Shown piece by piece: positions 26,621-36,141 of a stretch of DNA of 64,000 bases; position 1 is the stretch's first letter; the number at the start of each line of letters is the position of its first letter. A model generated the notes under the pieces. The model was not told the origin of the DNA, did not search any database, and saw only the letters and a program-made list of their open reading frames with translations. The position numbers and the translations under genes are program-made. Location: contig JAVEYW010000006.1 of NCBI GenBank assembly GCA_034003325.1, positions 4,362 through 68,361 of the forward strand, read 5' to 3'. The DNA comes from Desulfobacterales bacterium. Its GTDB lineage: Bacteria > Desulfobacterota > Desulfobacteria > Desulfobacterales > JAFDDL01.

Positions 26621-28495
26621 TCAGATGGGTTCATTGAATTGACATTTCAGCGTTACCACGTTTGCATCATGCGTGCTGCGGATTTTATATGGCAGCGTGT
26701 TAAATAACCGGAGCATGCCGGTGTTCGTGGGGGATGTGTACGCTATCAGTCCGGCAATGCCGTTTTCCCTGGCCGCTTTTGCCAGCTTGGCGATCAGAAT
26801 TTTCCCCAGACCACACCCTTGCCAGTCCTTGCTAACGGAAAACGCTATTTCCGCCATGTTGTTGGATTCCTCAAACAGATAGGTTCCGACGGCCACGGCG
26901 CGTTGAAACCCGATTTCACCCACCAATCCCACAATGGTCAAATCCTTCACATAATCTATGCGATATACGCCTTCCAGGTCATTTCTGAGAAAACGGGTTC
27001 TTTCATGAAAAAAGCGGGACACCACATCCTCTCGGTCCAGTTCATAGAAATGCTCCTGAATTCGCCTGACATCCACGGGTTTGGCGGCGCGGAAATTGAC
27101 ACGTTGGCCCTTGATTTCCAGTGCTTCAACCAAGTGACTCGGATAGACGCCTTGAAGGGATTCGGAAAGACTGATGGTGGGGCTCAGCAGTTCCATTTCT
27201 TTGGCTTTTGCAAACAACTCGTCTCTGAAATCGGGGTGCGCCAGTGAAATCATCGCCAGGGCGCGCTCTTGAAGGCTTTTTCCAAACAGCCGCACCATGC
27301 CGAATTCACTCACCACATAGTCCACATCGCCTCTGGGAACCACTACCGCTAAATCCTTAAGTTGGGGGACGATCCGGCTTTCCTTGCCCTGCTTGGCCGT
27401 GGCGGGGAGAATTAAAATCGATTTACCGCCCTCGGAGCGGACCGCGCCGCGCACAAAGTCGAGCATGCCGGTCACGCCGATGTAATTATTGTGCCGAAAG
27501 GCGTCGGCCGCAACTTGTCCTGTCAAATCAATGGCTTCCGCGACGCAAACCGATACCATCTTGTGGTGACGGGCGATGATATCCGGGTCGTTCACATAAT
27601 CGGAGGGCTGAAAATCGATGGACAGATTGCTGTTTAAAAATTCATATAGATCCGGGCTTCCCATGGCGCTGGAGGCGACGATACGGCCCTCGTTGTATCC
27701 TTTTTTCCGGTTGGTGATCACGCCTTCGGCCACCAGCCGCATGATGGCGTCCGTAATGCATTCGGTGTGAATCCCCAAATCATTTTTGTTGCGAAGCCCC
27801 AGCAGGGTTTTTTGAGGAGCGGCGCCGGGATCGATGTGCAGGGTCGAGCCGTCTTCGATGAGCCTTGCCGTTTCAAGGGAGATGGCTTCCGCTGTCGCCA
27901 TATCCGGCGCGGGCGCCGGCGTGAGCAACGGTTCGTCATATTCCACAATGCTGTTGACATCGTTTACATGAATAAAGCTTCGACCAATAATCCGTGGCAT
28001 GAGTGAGTTGACCTGTGCGATGACAATGTCCGCGGATTGGGCTGCCGCCAGCGTGATATCCACGGATATTCCCAGGCTCATCCAGCCGAAATCGTCGGGC
28101 GGGCTGACTTGTATCAATGCCACGTGAATGGGCATTCGGCGGCTTTTAAACAAGCGCGGCACCGCGCTGAGGTTAATGGGGGTAAAAAACCGCCGGTTGG
28201 CGGCAAAGGATTGCGGTGCCGCAGACCCCAGGTATAGGCAGCGAATATTCAACGCCTGGTCTCCGCTGGCATGAGCGATCATGGACAACGAGGTGCTCTC
28301 CTGGCTCATCATCCGGACAATTTCAAGGTCTGTGAAATGATTTGCTTTTTCGGCCAGGCACTTGACCAGATATTGCGGCTCGCCGCAGGTGGAGCCGATA
28401 AAGACCCGTTGACCCGGTTTTATCAGGGCGATGGCGGCCGGCCCTGTTTTTTGTTTGATGACATACTCATCTGCCCAGTAAGTGGCTTTGGTCAT
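26621..28495 (-). CDS. Acetyl-CoA hydrolase/CoA-transferase family domain fused to a C-terminal GNAT acetyltransferase
   Basis: ATG 28495 with GGAGGA upstream (MTKATYWADEY..). CoA-transferase-like ..IKPGQRVFIGSTCGEPQ... C-terminal GNAT motif WQGCGLGKILI. Confidence 0.8.
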   Translation of the reverse strand: MTKATYWADEYVIKQKTGPAAIALIKPGQRVFIGSTCGEPQYLVKCLAEKANHFTDLEIVRMMSQESTSLSMIAHASGDQALNIRCLYLGSAAPQSFAANRRFFTPINLSAVPRLFKSRRMPIHVALIQVSPPDDFGWMSLGISVDITLAAAQSADIVIAQVNSLMPRIIGRSFIHVNDVNSIVEYDEPLLTPAPAPDMATAEAISLETARLIEDGSTLHIDPGAAPQKTLLGLRNKNDLGIHTECITDAIMRLVAEGVITNRKKGYNEGRIVASSAMGSPDLYEFLNSNLSIDFQPSDYVNDPDIIARHHKMVSVCVAEAIDLTGQVAADAFRHNNYIGVTGMLDFVRGAVRSEGGKSILILPATAKQGKESRIVPQLKDLAVVVPRGDVDYVVSEFGMVRLFGKSLQERALAMISLAHPDFRDELFAKAKEMELLSPTISLSESLQGVYPSHLVEALEIKGQRVNFRAAKPVDVRRIQEHFYELDREDVVSRFFHERTRFLRNDLEGVYRIDYVKDLTIVGLVGEIGFQRAVAVGTYLFEESNNMAEIAFSVSKDWQGCGLGKILIAKLAKAARENGIAGLIAYTSPTNTGMLRLFNTLPYKIRSTHDANVVTLKCQFNEPI

Positions 28496-28557
28496 TATCG
28501 TATCCTCCAAACACGGTGGCTTTCCGTGAACGGACTTAGAAAAAGAGAATGGGGGCA

Positions 28558-29121
28558 TTAGTGCGCTGAAGCACCGGCTTTCAGCGCGTCAATAGAAGCT
28601 TGTAACAGCATGTCCTTGCCTTTGAGACGGTCAGTCAGCACATGGGTAATATCGTCCATCGTGCAATAAAGCGGTGCAGTGTTAAAATCGGCTTTCAAGA
28701 AAAGAGATAAGGTAAACCCGAGCATGATCAGATTGATGGCCCGGGGATTGTCTATATTTTGAGCCAGTAAATCCGCATTCAGATGATGGGCGCATAGACC
28801 GGAAGTCTTCTTTGTTGAAGCGCTGCTGTTGACCGCAGCCCATGCGCCGGGCTTAAGATAGCCGCTGTGCTGATCAAGGCTCTCCGCTTTAAGGGCGATA
28901 AGGCCATCCGCTTCTCCGGGCCGGATAAGGGGGCTGGCGAATGGCCCCACCTTAAGGTGCGAGATTACTGTTCCTCCCCGTTGGGCCATTCCGTGGGTTT
29001 CAGCGGTAAATACCGGAAACCCTTTGCGGATAGCCGCTTCGGCCATCAATTGGGTAATGAAAAGCACTCCCTGCCCCCCCACGCCGCTGATAACAATCTG
29101 ATACGGTACCCTATCTTTCAT
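28558..29121 (-). CDS. iorB: Indolepyruvate:ferredoxin oxidoreductase beta subunit (2-oxoacid:acceptor oxidoreductase gamma-type)
   Basis: YQIVISGVGGQGVLFITQLMAEAA..ETHGMAQRGG. 187 aa. Directly downstream of iorA. Confidence 0.85.
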   Translation of the reverse strand: MKDRVPYQIVISGVGGQGVLFITQLMAEAAIRKGFPVFTAETHGMAQRGGTVISHLKVGPFASPLIRPGEADGLIALKAESLDQHSGYLKPGAWAAVNSSASTKKTSGLCAHHLNADLLAQNIDNPRAINLIMLGFTLSLFLKADFNTAPLYCTMDDITHVLTDRLKGKDMLLQASIDALKAGASAH

Positions 29122-29133
29122 CGGTAGTGATGG

Positions 29134-30975
29134 TTACCCCTGTTCCGTTTTCTTCTTTTGAATAGCCCCCTTGGGGCAGACATTCAGGCATACGCCGCAT
29201 TCGTTACACACCAGCGGATCGATGAAGGTCCGGCCGGTGTGCGCGTTATGAATGAGGGCCGGACACTCAAAATGCTGACGGCAAAACCCGCAGCCGTCGC
29301 AATCATCGGTGATTTCAACGGCAATCCGCTCAACGGAGTGCCCGGTGCGCGCCGCATCGAGAATACAGGGATGCCTTGCGATCACAACGGCCGGCCCCTG
29401 TTTTCGGCTGAAGTCCACCGCTTTTTTGAGCAATTTGACAAACGCTTTGGTGTCATAGGGTTCGCCCACTTCACAGGACCGAATGCCGCAGCCTTTGACC
29501 AGCGTTTCCATGTCCACCGGCACCAGATTTTCCCCGGTGGCGCTTTTTCCGGTGGCCGGTGTGGGTTGGCTGCCGGTCATGGCGGTGGTGCGGTTATCCA
29601 GAATGACCAGCACAAAACGGACGTTCTGGTTAACTGCGTCGATAAGAGCCGGTACCCCGGCATGAAAAAAGGTGGAGTCACCGATGGTGGCGATGATATC
29701 GGGCCGCTTCTCCTGGTTTTGATAGGCATGATAAAAACCGGCCGCCTGGCTGATGGCGGCTCCCATGCACAGGACCGTGTCCACCGCCTTAAGATTGAGC
29801 CCCAACGTATAGCAACCGATGTCGCTGGTGTATATGCCCCGGGGCGCGGCCTTTTTAATGGCAAAGAAACTGGCCCTATGGGGACATCCCGCGCACAGGG
29901 TTGGGGGCCGTCCGGGTGCCGGTGTCAGCGTGGGGCTTATAGCAGTGACACCGGCAAATTTTGCTACCTGTTTTTCGATGATTTCCGGAAGCAGCTCCCC
30001 CACGCGGGTCACGGCGCCGTTTAGCTTCCCCTGAATACGGTTGCGATCCGCCAACTGCATTTCAATAACGCCGGTGGTTTCTTCGATGACCAGTATCCGA
30101 TCATAGGTAGATAACAGAGATTTCATAAACCGGGTGTGCAGCGGAAAGGGTTGGCGTACCTGGAAAAAGGCAACGGATTCCCACAGGTTCAGGCGTTTGA
30201 GAATGTCGATGGTGTAGGCGGAAGCCACTCCGGAGGATACCACGGCCTGTTTTGAATGGGTGCCGGGATTGTGAAAAATGGGTTCTGTCTCTTTATGGGC
30301 CGCAATCTGCGATAGTTTCTCCTCCAGTTCCAGGTGAAGCTGATAACGAAATTTAGGCGTTGCCGCCCAACGGGTCGAATCTTTTTTAAAAGCGGCTTTT
30401 CTATTCAGCGCATTCGAAACGAGCAGTTTCCCCGTCAGCACATCCTGGCGTGAATGGCAAACCCGGGTGGTGGGCCGCAGCATGACCGGGGTTCGAAACG
30501 CTTCCGAAAGGGCATAGGCCAAGGAAACCATCTCTTTGGCCTCGGCCGGAGAACCGGGGTCCAGCACGGGTATTTTGGCCATCATGGCCATCATGCGGCT
30601 ATCCTGTTCGGTCTGAGAGGAGTGCGGGCCGGGGTCATCGGCGCTGATCACCACGAAACCGCCGACCGTGCCCAAGTAGGCGGCACTCATTAATGAATCT
30701 GCGGCCACATTGAGGCCCACCTGTTTCATGCTTACGGCAGTTCGCAGTCCGGTCATGCTACCGGCGTAGGCGATCTCGAAAGCCACTTTTTCATTGATGG
30801 CCCACTGGGTATGCATGCCTATCTTATGCCGGCGTTGATACCCGACCACGGAAGAGAGGATCTCCGAGGCCGGCGTGCCGGGATAGGAAGTTGCCATGGC
30901 GCACCCGTTTTCAACCAGGCCCAGCGCGATGGCTTCGTTGCCCATCAAAAGTTCTTTTTTCGCAGAATGCTTCAT
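29134..30975 (-). CDS. iorA: Indolepyruvate:ferredoxin oxidoreductase alpha subunit (TPP-dependent, two C-terminal 4Fe-4S motifs)
   Basis: KELLMGNEAIALGLVENG..SYPGTPASEI. TPP-binding region GDSTFFHAG. C-terminal CDGCGFCRQHFECP and CNECGVCLNVCP. Confidence 0.9.
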   Translation of the reverse strand: MKHSAKKELLMGNEAIALGLVENGCAMATSYPGTPASEILSSVVGYQRRHKIGMHTQWAINEKVAFEIAYAGSMTGLRTAVSMKQVGLNVAADSLMSAAYLGTVGGFVVISADDPGPHSSQTEQDSRMMAMMAKIPVLDPGSPAEAKEMVSLAYALSEAFRTPVMLRPTTRVCHSRQDVLTGKLLVSNALNRKAAFKKDSTRWAATPKFRYQLHLELEEKLSQIAAHKETEPIFHNPGTHSKQAVVSSGVASAYTIDILKRLNLWESVAFFQVRQPFPLHTRFMKSLLSTYDRILVIEETTGVIEMQLADRNRIQGKLNGAVTRVGELLPEIIEKQVAKFAGVTAISPTLTPAPGRPPTLCAGCPHRASFFAIKKAAPRGIYTSDIGCYTLGLNLKAVDTVLCMGAAISQAAGFYHAYQNQEKRPDIIATIGDSTFFHAGVPALIDAVNQNVRFVLVILDNRTTAMTGSQPTPATGKSATGENLVPVDMETLVKGCGIRSCEVGEPYDTKAFVKLLKKAVDFSRKQGPAVVIARHPCILDAARTGHSVERIAVEITDDCDGCGFCRQHFECPALIHNAHTGRTFIDPLVCNECGVCLNVCPKGAIQKKKTEQG

Positions 30976-31202
30976 TCTCTTTTTCCGCTGCCAATGTCAG
31001 ATTTTATCCGGTTCAGCCAACCTTCGTGAATGGTTACCATGATTGTTCTCTTGGGTTCAAGTGATTATCGCGGCCGAAACCATGATCATGGCCGGTGTAC
31101 CCCATGGGGCGCTTCGGTACTTGACCTCTGAGCGCTCCTGGCATAGTCTGATTCGTCCGTGGTATATCAGAGACAATTTGCAAGAAAAGGAGCGGGGCCG
31201 AT

Positions 31203-32060
31203 TTGCAGGATTTGCTGCAGTTTCTATTTGGAGGGGTCACCAGTGGCGCCATCTATGCCTTGATTGCCCTGGGGTTTTGCGTGGTGCACAATACCATCGG
31301 CATCGTCAATTTCATTCAGGTGGACTTTGTCTCTCTGGGGGGAATGTTTCTCTTCACCGGACTTTTCTGGAGCGGCTTGCCTCTGCTGATTGCCTTGCCG
31401 GCCGCCGTAGCCGCTGTTGCGGTGGTGGGAATTGGGGTGGAACGCATCGGTATTCGCCCTTCGCGCTCACAAAATCATCTGGTATTGATTTTTCTCACCA
31501 TCGGTCTTTCCATTATATGCCGCGGCGTGATGAAGCTGATTTGGGGCAAAAACCGCATGGCGATTCCCCCGTTGTTTGAAGATATCCCGTTGCGATTCCT
31601 GGGCGCAGCCATCCTGCCGCAGGCGGTGGTGATATTGGCGGCCACGGCGCTGGCCATCGGACTTCTGGTATTTTTTTTCCGCGGCACCCGGCTGGGACTG
31701 GCCATGCGTGCTGTTGCATCCAACCAGATAGCGGCCTGCGTCGTGGGAATTCCCGTGGGCCGGGTCAAGGCAGCCAGTTTTGCGCTGGCCGGCGGCCTGG
31801 GTGGGCTTGCGGGCGTGTTGGTTACGCCCATTACGACCTTGAGTTACGATGTGGGGGTGTTGCTGGGGCTTAAAGGGTTTGCCGCCGCCATCTTAGGCGG
31901 TTTCGGGTCTTTTCCCGGCGCCGTGCTGGGCGGCCTGGGGCTGGGATTGATAGAATCCCTTTCCGCCGGCTATTGGAGCAGCGCCTACAAGGATGTGGTT
32001 GCCTTTGTGATTCTGTTGCTGGTTCTTTTTATTCGACCCAAAGGATTATTGGGCAATTAA
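31203..32060 (+). CDS. livH: Branched-chain amino acid-type ABC transporter permease (LivH family)
   Basis: TTG start with AAGGAG upstream. LLQFLFGGVTSGAIYALIALGF is a typical LivH N-terminus. 285 aa, multi-TM. Confidence 0.9.
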   Translation: MQDLLQFLFGGVTSGAIYALIALGFCVVHNTIGIVNFIQVDFVSLGGMFLFTGLFWSGLPLLIALPAAVAAVAVVGIGVERIGIRPSRSQNHLVLIFLTIGLSIICRGVMKLIWGKNRMAIPPLFEDIPLRFLGAAILPQAVVILAATALAIGLLVFFFRGTRLGLAMRAVASNQIAACVVGIPVGRVKAASFALAGGLGGLAGVLVTPITTLSYDVGVLLGLKGFAAAILGGFGSFPGAVLGGLGLGLIESLSAGYWSSAYKDVVAFVILLLVLFIRPKGLLGN

Positions 32061-32075
32061 AGTGCGAAGTACCTT

Positions 32076-32187
32076 CTAATCCGGCAAAGCCGGATGCTGG
32101 GATGCCGGGAGGCTGGGATGCATGAAAGCCATCTTTTGCCTTCAGCGCATATACACTTAAAAGCGTGCATGTTTCTGATTAAGGGGT
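32076..32187 (-). repeat. Intergenic repeat, subtype A, inverted orientation, inside the liv operon
   Basis: Reverse complement reads CCCCTTAATCAGAAACATGCACGCTTTTAAGTGTATATGCGCTGAAGGCAAAAGATGGCTTTCATGCATCCCAGCCTCCCGGCATCCCAGCATCCGGCTTTGCCGGATTAG. Confidence 0.9.
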
Positions 32188-32196
32188 TTATACCCT

Positions 32197-33195
32197 ATGA
32201 TGACGTCAAAAGACAAACTGGTCTATTTTATATATCTTCACCGAACGGGCCTGTGGGTGCTGGCGTTATCCCTGGCGCTCGTGGTATGGCCTTTATATGA
32301 GTCCAATCCTTACAACCTGGGACTTTCCAACCTGATTGCCATTCATCTGCTCGTTGTTCTGGGATTAAACTTATTTATCGGGTATGCCGGCCAGATCAGT
32401 CTCGGGCATGCCGGCTTTTTTGCGCTCGGCGCCTACGGGTCGGCGCTGGGCACGATCTCGTTAGGGTGGCCGGCCTGGCCGGTGATGGTTCTGGTGGCAA
32501 TAGCGGTGGCCTTCATTGCGCTGGCCGTCGGCTTGCCGGCGCTGAAACTCAGCGGGCACTACCTGGCCATGGCCACGCTTGGGTTTAATATCGTGGTTTA
32601 CCTGCTGCTGGTCCAATGGGATGCGGTTACCGGCGGCCCCGGCGGACTGGCGGAAATTCCCCACCTGTCCATGGGACCACTGGTATTTGACAGTGAAATT
32701 CGCCTTCATTATTTGTTGTGGACCTTTGCGATGGGTTGCCTGTTGCTGAGCCTTAACCTCGTACGCAGCGGCGCGGGAAGGGGACTTGCCGCCCTGGCTG
32801 AAGATGAGACCGCCGCTTCCGCCCTGGGTGTGGATACCAAACGGGCCAAAGTCAAAGTCTTTATTCTGTCGGCTGTTTTTGCGTCCCTGGCCGGAAGTCT
32901 TTTTGCCCATTGCTACGCCTTTGTCAGCCCCGAGTCCTTTAGTATTTTTGTGTCGCTGGAGTTTGTGATCATGGTGATTGTGGGCGGCATGGGGTCCATT
33001 TGGGGATCTTTGTTCGGCACGGCCTTGATCACCTTGCTGCCCGAATGGATCGAAGCGTTGGACGCTTATAAGGATATTCTTCATGGCCTGATTGTGGTAC
33101 TGATCCTGATGTTTCTCCCTCAGGGGCTGGTTACCGGCATTACCGATGCGGTGCGCACGCGCCTGGCGCTGGGGAGAAAACCGGGGATAAAATAA
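32197..33195 (+). CDS. livM: Branched-chain amino acid-type ABC transporter permease (LivM family)
   Basis: 332 aa, multi-TM. ..GYAGQISLGHAGFFALGAY.. is a LivM signature. Confidence 0.9.
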   Translation: MMTSKDKLVYFIYLHRTGLWVLALSLALVVWPLYESNPYNLGLSNLIAIHLLVVLGLNLFIGYAGQISLGHAGFFALGAYGSALGTISLGWPAWPVMVLVAIAVAFIALAVGLPALKLSGHYLAMATLGFNIVVYLLLVQWDAVTGGPGGLAEIPHLSMGPLVFDSEIRLHYLLWTFAMGCLLLSLNLVRSGAGRGLAALAEDETAASALGVDTKRAKVKVFILSAVFASLAGSLFAHCYAFVSPESFSIFVSLEFVIMVIVGGMGSIWGSLFGTALITLLPEWIEALDAYKDILHGLIVVLILMFLPQGLVTGITDAVRTRLALGRKPGIK

Positions 33196-33196
33196 G

Positions 33197-33961
33197 ATGC
33201 TTGACCTCAAAAACGTCACAAGATGGTTCGGTGGGCTGCCCGCCTTGCAGGATGTGAGCTTTCGAGTGGAACCCGGACGCGTCACGGCCCTGATCGGTCC
33301 CAACGGCGCCGGTAAATCGACCCTGATCAACTGTATCAGCGGGGTGGATAACTGTCAGACGGGCACCATTTTGTTGGAGCATCATTCCATTGAAAAATTG
33401 CCGGCGCACCAAATCGCAGCCTTCGGAGTCGCGCGCACCTTTCAGAACCTGAAACTGTTTTCACGCTTGTCCGTGCTGGACAATGTGCTGACCGGGTTGA
33501 CCGTGGCGGCGGAAAAGTCATTTATTCGATCCATGCTGCGGTTGCCTTCATTGCGCCACCAGGAGCGATCCTTGCGGCTGGCTGCATTTGAAGTGCTGGA
33601 CACCTTCGGGTTGGGGACAAAAGCCGACTGGCCGGCAGCAGCCCTATCCTACGGCGAAAAAAAACGGGTTGAGTTGGCCCGGGCCTTTGCGGGTGATCCC
33701 AGGATAGTTCTTCTGGATGAACCCGTGGCCGGGCTGAACACGGAGGAAACGGCTCAGATCGCGCGCCACATTCGGCAACAGAGAGCGGCCGGCCATACCA
33801 TGCTGCTGGTGGAACACGACATGGAACTGGTAATGGAGGTAGCCGACAAGGTGGTGGTTCTGGACAGCGGACGCTGCATCGCCCGGGGAACCCCGGCGCA
33901 GGTGCGAAGTAATCCCCTGGTATTGGAAGCCTACCTGGGGCGCATGGAGGCGGTTGCCTGA
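33197..33961 (+). CDS. livG: ABC transporter ATP-binding protein (LivG family)
   Basis: Walker [10 protein letters not shown], signature LSYGEKKRVE, Walker B LLDEP. 254 aa. Confidence 0.9.
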   Translation: MLDLKNVTRWFGGLPALQDVSFRVEPGRVTALIGPNGAGKSTLINCISGVDNCQTGTILLEHHSIEKLPAHQIAAFGVARTFQNLKLFSRLSVLDNVLTGLTVAAEKSFIRSMLRLPSLRHQERSLRLAAFEVLDTFGLGTKADWPAAALSYGEKKRVELARAFAGDPRIVLLDEPVAGLNTEETAQIARHIRQQRAAGHTMLLVEHDMELVMEVADKVVVLDSGRCIARGTPAQVRSNPLVLEAYLGRMEAVA

Positions 33962-33977
33962 TGAGAAAGCAAGCTCA

Positions 33978-36080
33978 ATGAGTTCTCCCTTGCTGGTCAT
34001 CAACGGGTTAACGGCCCATTACGGGGCAGCCCAGGCCCTTTTCGGCATCAATCTGTCTGTAAACGAAGGGGAAACCGTGGCCTTGGTGGGTGCCAACGGC
34101 GCCGGGAAAACGACCCTTTTAAAGTGCCTCATGGGACTGCTCACGCCGTCGGCCGGCGAGGTGTTGCTGGACGGCGTTGCGGTCACGGGCGCATCCCCTG
34201 CGCGAATGGTGCGAAAGGGGTTGGCGTTGACGCCAGAGGGCCGGGAAGTATTTCCCCATCTGACGGTTCGGGAGAACCTTGAATTGGGGGCCGTAGCGCT
34301 GAAGATCGGCCGCAAGGAAGTCTTCACCCGAATGCAAGCGGTGTACGGCCGGTTTGAGCGCCTGAGGGAACGGCAGACTCAGGCGGCGGGAACGCTTTCC
34401 GGCGGAGAGCAGCAGATGCTGGCCATGGGACGCGCCCTGATGGCGCACCCCAGATTGCTGCTGCTCGATGAACCGAGCCTGGGGCTGGCGCCCCTGATCA
34501 CGGATGAAATTTTTGCCATTATCCATTCACTGGCCCGATCCGGGGTGACCATCCTGCTGGTGGAACAAAACGCCGCCCGCGCGCTGTCCGCCTCGGACAA
34601 GGCGTTTTTGATGGCCGGTGGACGGATTGTCGAGCAGGGGCGCAGCAGCGATCTGCTCAACGATTCAAAATTGCGCATCGCCTTTCTGGGCGCTGCCAGT
34701 GATGAGAAACCCGAAGCCAGCCGGCTGGGTGCGGCCGGTCTGACCAATATTCGTTTGGAGAAACCTCTCATGAATCAGCTCAGCTTAATGCCCGATTTTC
34801 AGGATGAAGAGGCCTTGGCCGCTCATCAGTTGAAGGGGCTGCAATGGACCGTTCGGCACGCCTTTGAAGGCTCTTCCTTTTACCGTCAGCGCCTGGAGCA
34901 GGCCGGTATAACGCCGGATGCCGTTTGCAGTCTCGCGGATTTGACCCGGCTGCCCTTTACCACCACCGATAACCTGCGGGAATTTTATCCTTTTCCGCTT
35001 CGCTCGGTTCCCTTTGAACAGATCGTCCGGGTTCATGCCAGCTCCGGCACCACGGGCAAACGCAAAATATTGGGGTACACGCAGAAGGACATTGATGACT
35101 GGGTTCATTTTTTCGCCCGCTGTTATGCCATGGCCGGTGTGACGCCTCTGGATCGGGTTCAGATCGCCGTGGGCTACGGCATCTGGACAGCCGGGATGGG
35201 ATTTCAACTGGGATGCGAAAAAATCGGCGCCATGGCGGTTCCGGTGGGACCGGGCAATATTGATATGCACCTTCAGTTTATGCAGGATCTTCGTTCCACC
35301 GTGTTTTGCAGCACCGCTTCGATGGCGCTCCTTATGGCTGAAGAGATTCACCGCCGGGCGATTGCCGACAAGATTCACATTCGAAAGATCATCTACGGGT
35401 CCGAACGCACCTCCCGGTCCATGCGCCGGAAGATCTCCGAGCTCTTCGGCGGCGCCGAATTGTTCGACATTACGGGTCTTACCGAATTGTACGGCCCCGG
35501 CACCGGCATCGAGTGCCCGAATCACGACTGCATTCACTATTGGGGGGATTATTATATTCTGGAAATCGTTGACCCGGAGACCTTGCAACCGCTTCCTCCC
35601 GGCGAGTGGGGGGAAATGGTGGTCACCACTCTGGCCAAGGAGGCGGCTCCGCTGATTCGTTACCGTACCCGGGACATCACCCGCATTATCCCCGGGCGCT
35701 GCACTTGCGGGTCGATCATGCCGCGCCATTCCCGAATCAAGGGGCGCAGTGACGATACCATCAAATTCCGGGGGGTCAATATCTACCCCTCCACGATCGA
35801 CACCATTCTGTCCGCCATTCCCGGACTGGGCTCGGAATACCAGATTCATCTGACCCGGGACGAAAGCTCGGGCCGCGATACCATGAAGGTGTTCATTGAG
35901 CGCGGCGAGGGCGTGGACCGGCAGCGCTCGCACGAGCTGATACATGAAATAACCTATCAAGTCAAAAGGCAGATGCTGGTGTCCGTGGATGTCGAATTGG
36001 TGGATTACGGCCATCTGCCGCGTTCCGAACGCAAGAGTCAGCGGGTGTTTGATACCCGAATTACGGATGAAATCGTTTAA
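33978..36080 (+). CDS. In-frame fusion of a LivF-type ABC ATPase and a phenylacetate-CoA ligase (PaaK family)
   Basis: N-terminal part: GANGAGKTT, LSGGEQQML, LLLDEP, ending ..RIAFLG. A linker of about 25 aa follows. The PaaK-like part has ..FYRQRLEQAGITP..LPFTTTDNLREFYPF..VHASSGTTGKRK... One uninterrupted ORF. ATG 33978 is preferred over TTG 33954. Confidence 0.8.
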   Translation: MSSPLLVINGLTAHYGAAQALFGINLSVNEGETVALVGANGAGKTTLLKCLMGLLTPSAGEVLLDGVAVTGASPARMVRKGLALTPEGREVFPHLTVRENLELGAVALKIGRKEVFTRMQAVYGRFERLRERQTQAAGTLSGGEQQMLAMGRALMAHPRLLLLDEPSLGLAPLITDEIFAIIHSLARSGVTILLVEQNAARALSASDKAFLMAGGRIVEQGRSSDLLNDSKLRIAFLGAASDEKPEASRLGAAGLTNIRLEKPLMNQLSLMPDFQDEEALAAHQLKGLQWTVRHAFEGSSFYRQRLEQAGITPDAVCSLADLTRLPFTTTDNLREFYPFPLRSVPFEQIVRVHASSGTTGKRKILGYTQKDIDDWVHFFARCYAMAGVTPLDRVQIAVGYGIWTAGMGFQLGCEKIGAMAVPVGPGNIDMHLQFMQDLRSTVFCSTASMALLMAEEIHRRAIADKIHIRKIIYGSERTSRSMRRKISELFGGAELFDITGLTELYGPGTGIECPNHDCIHYWGDYYILEIVDPETLQPLPPGEWGEMVVTTLAKEAAPLIRYRTRDITRIIPGRCTCGSIMPRHSRIKGRSDDTIKFRGVNIYPSTIDTILSAIPGLGSEYQIHLTRDESSGRDTMKVFIERGEGVDRQRSHELIHEITYQVKRQMLVSVDVELVDYGHLPRSERKSQRVFDTRITDEIV

Positions 36081-36141
36081 GGCCGTTGCTATCACAGAAA
36101 TTTTAACATCATCGTCGAAAAATTTCAAAAGGAGGGGAAAA

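Noticed and set aside
29158-30024. 288-aa forward ORF
   Set aside because: Antisense to iorA, which has strong TPP and ferredoxin motifs.
31139-31155. Sigma54-type promoter (TGGCAT-N5-..)
   Set aside because: The -12 element (TTGC) is absent: the sequence is TGGCATAGTCTGATT.
32461-33330. 289-aa reverse ORF
   Set aside because: Antisense to livM and livG, with a highly basic low-complexity translation.
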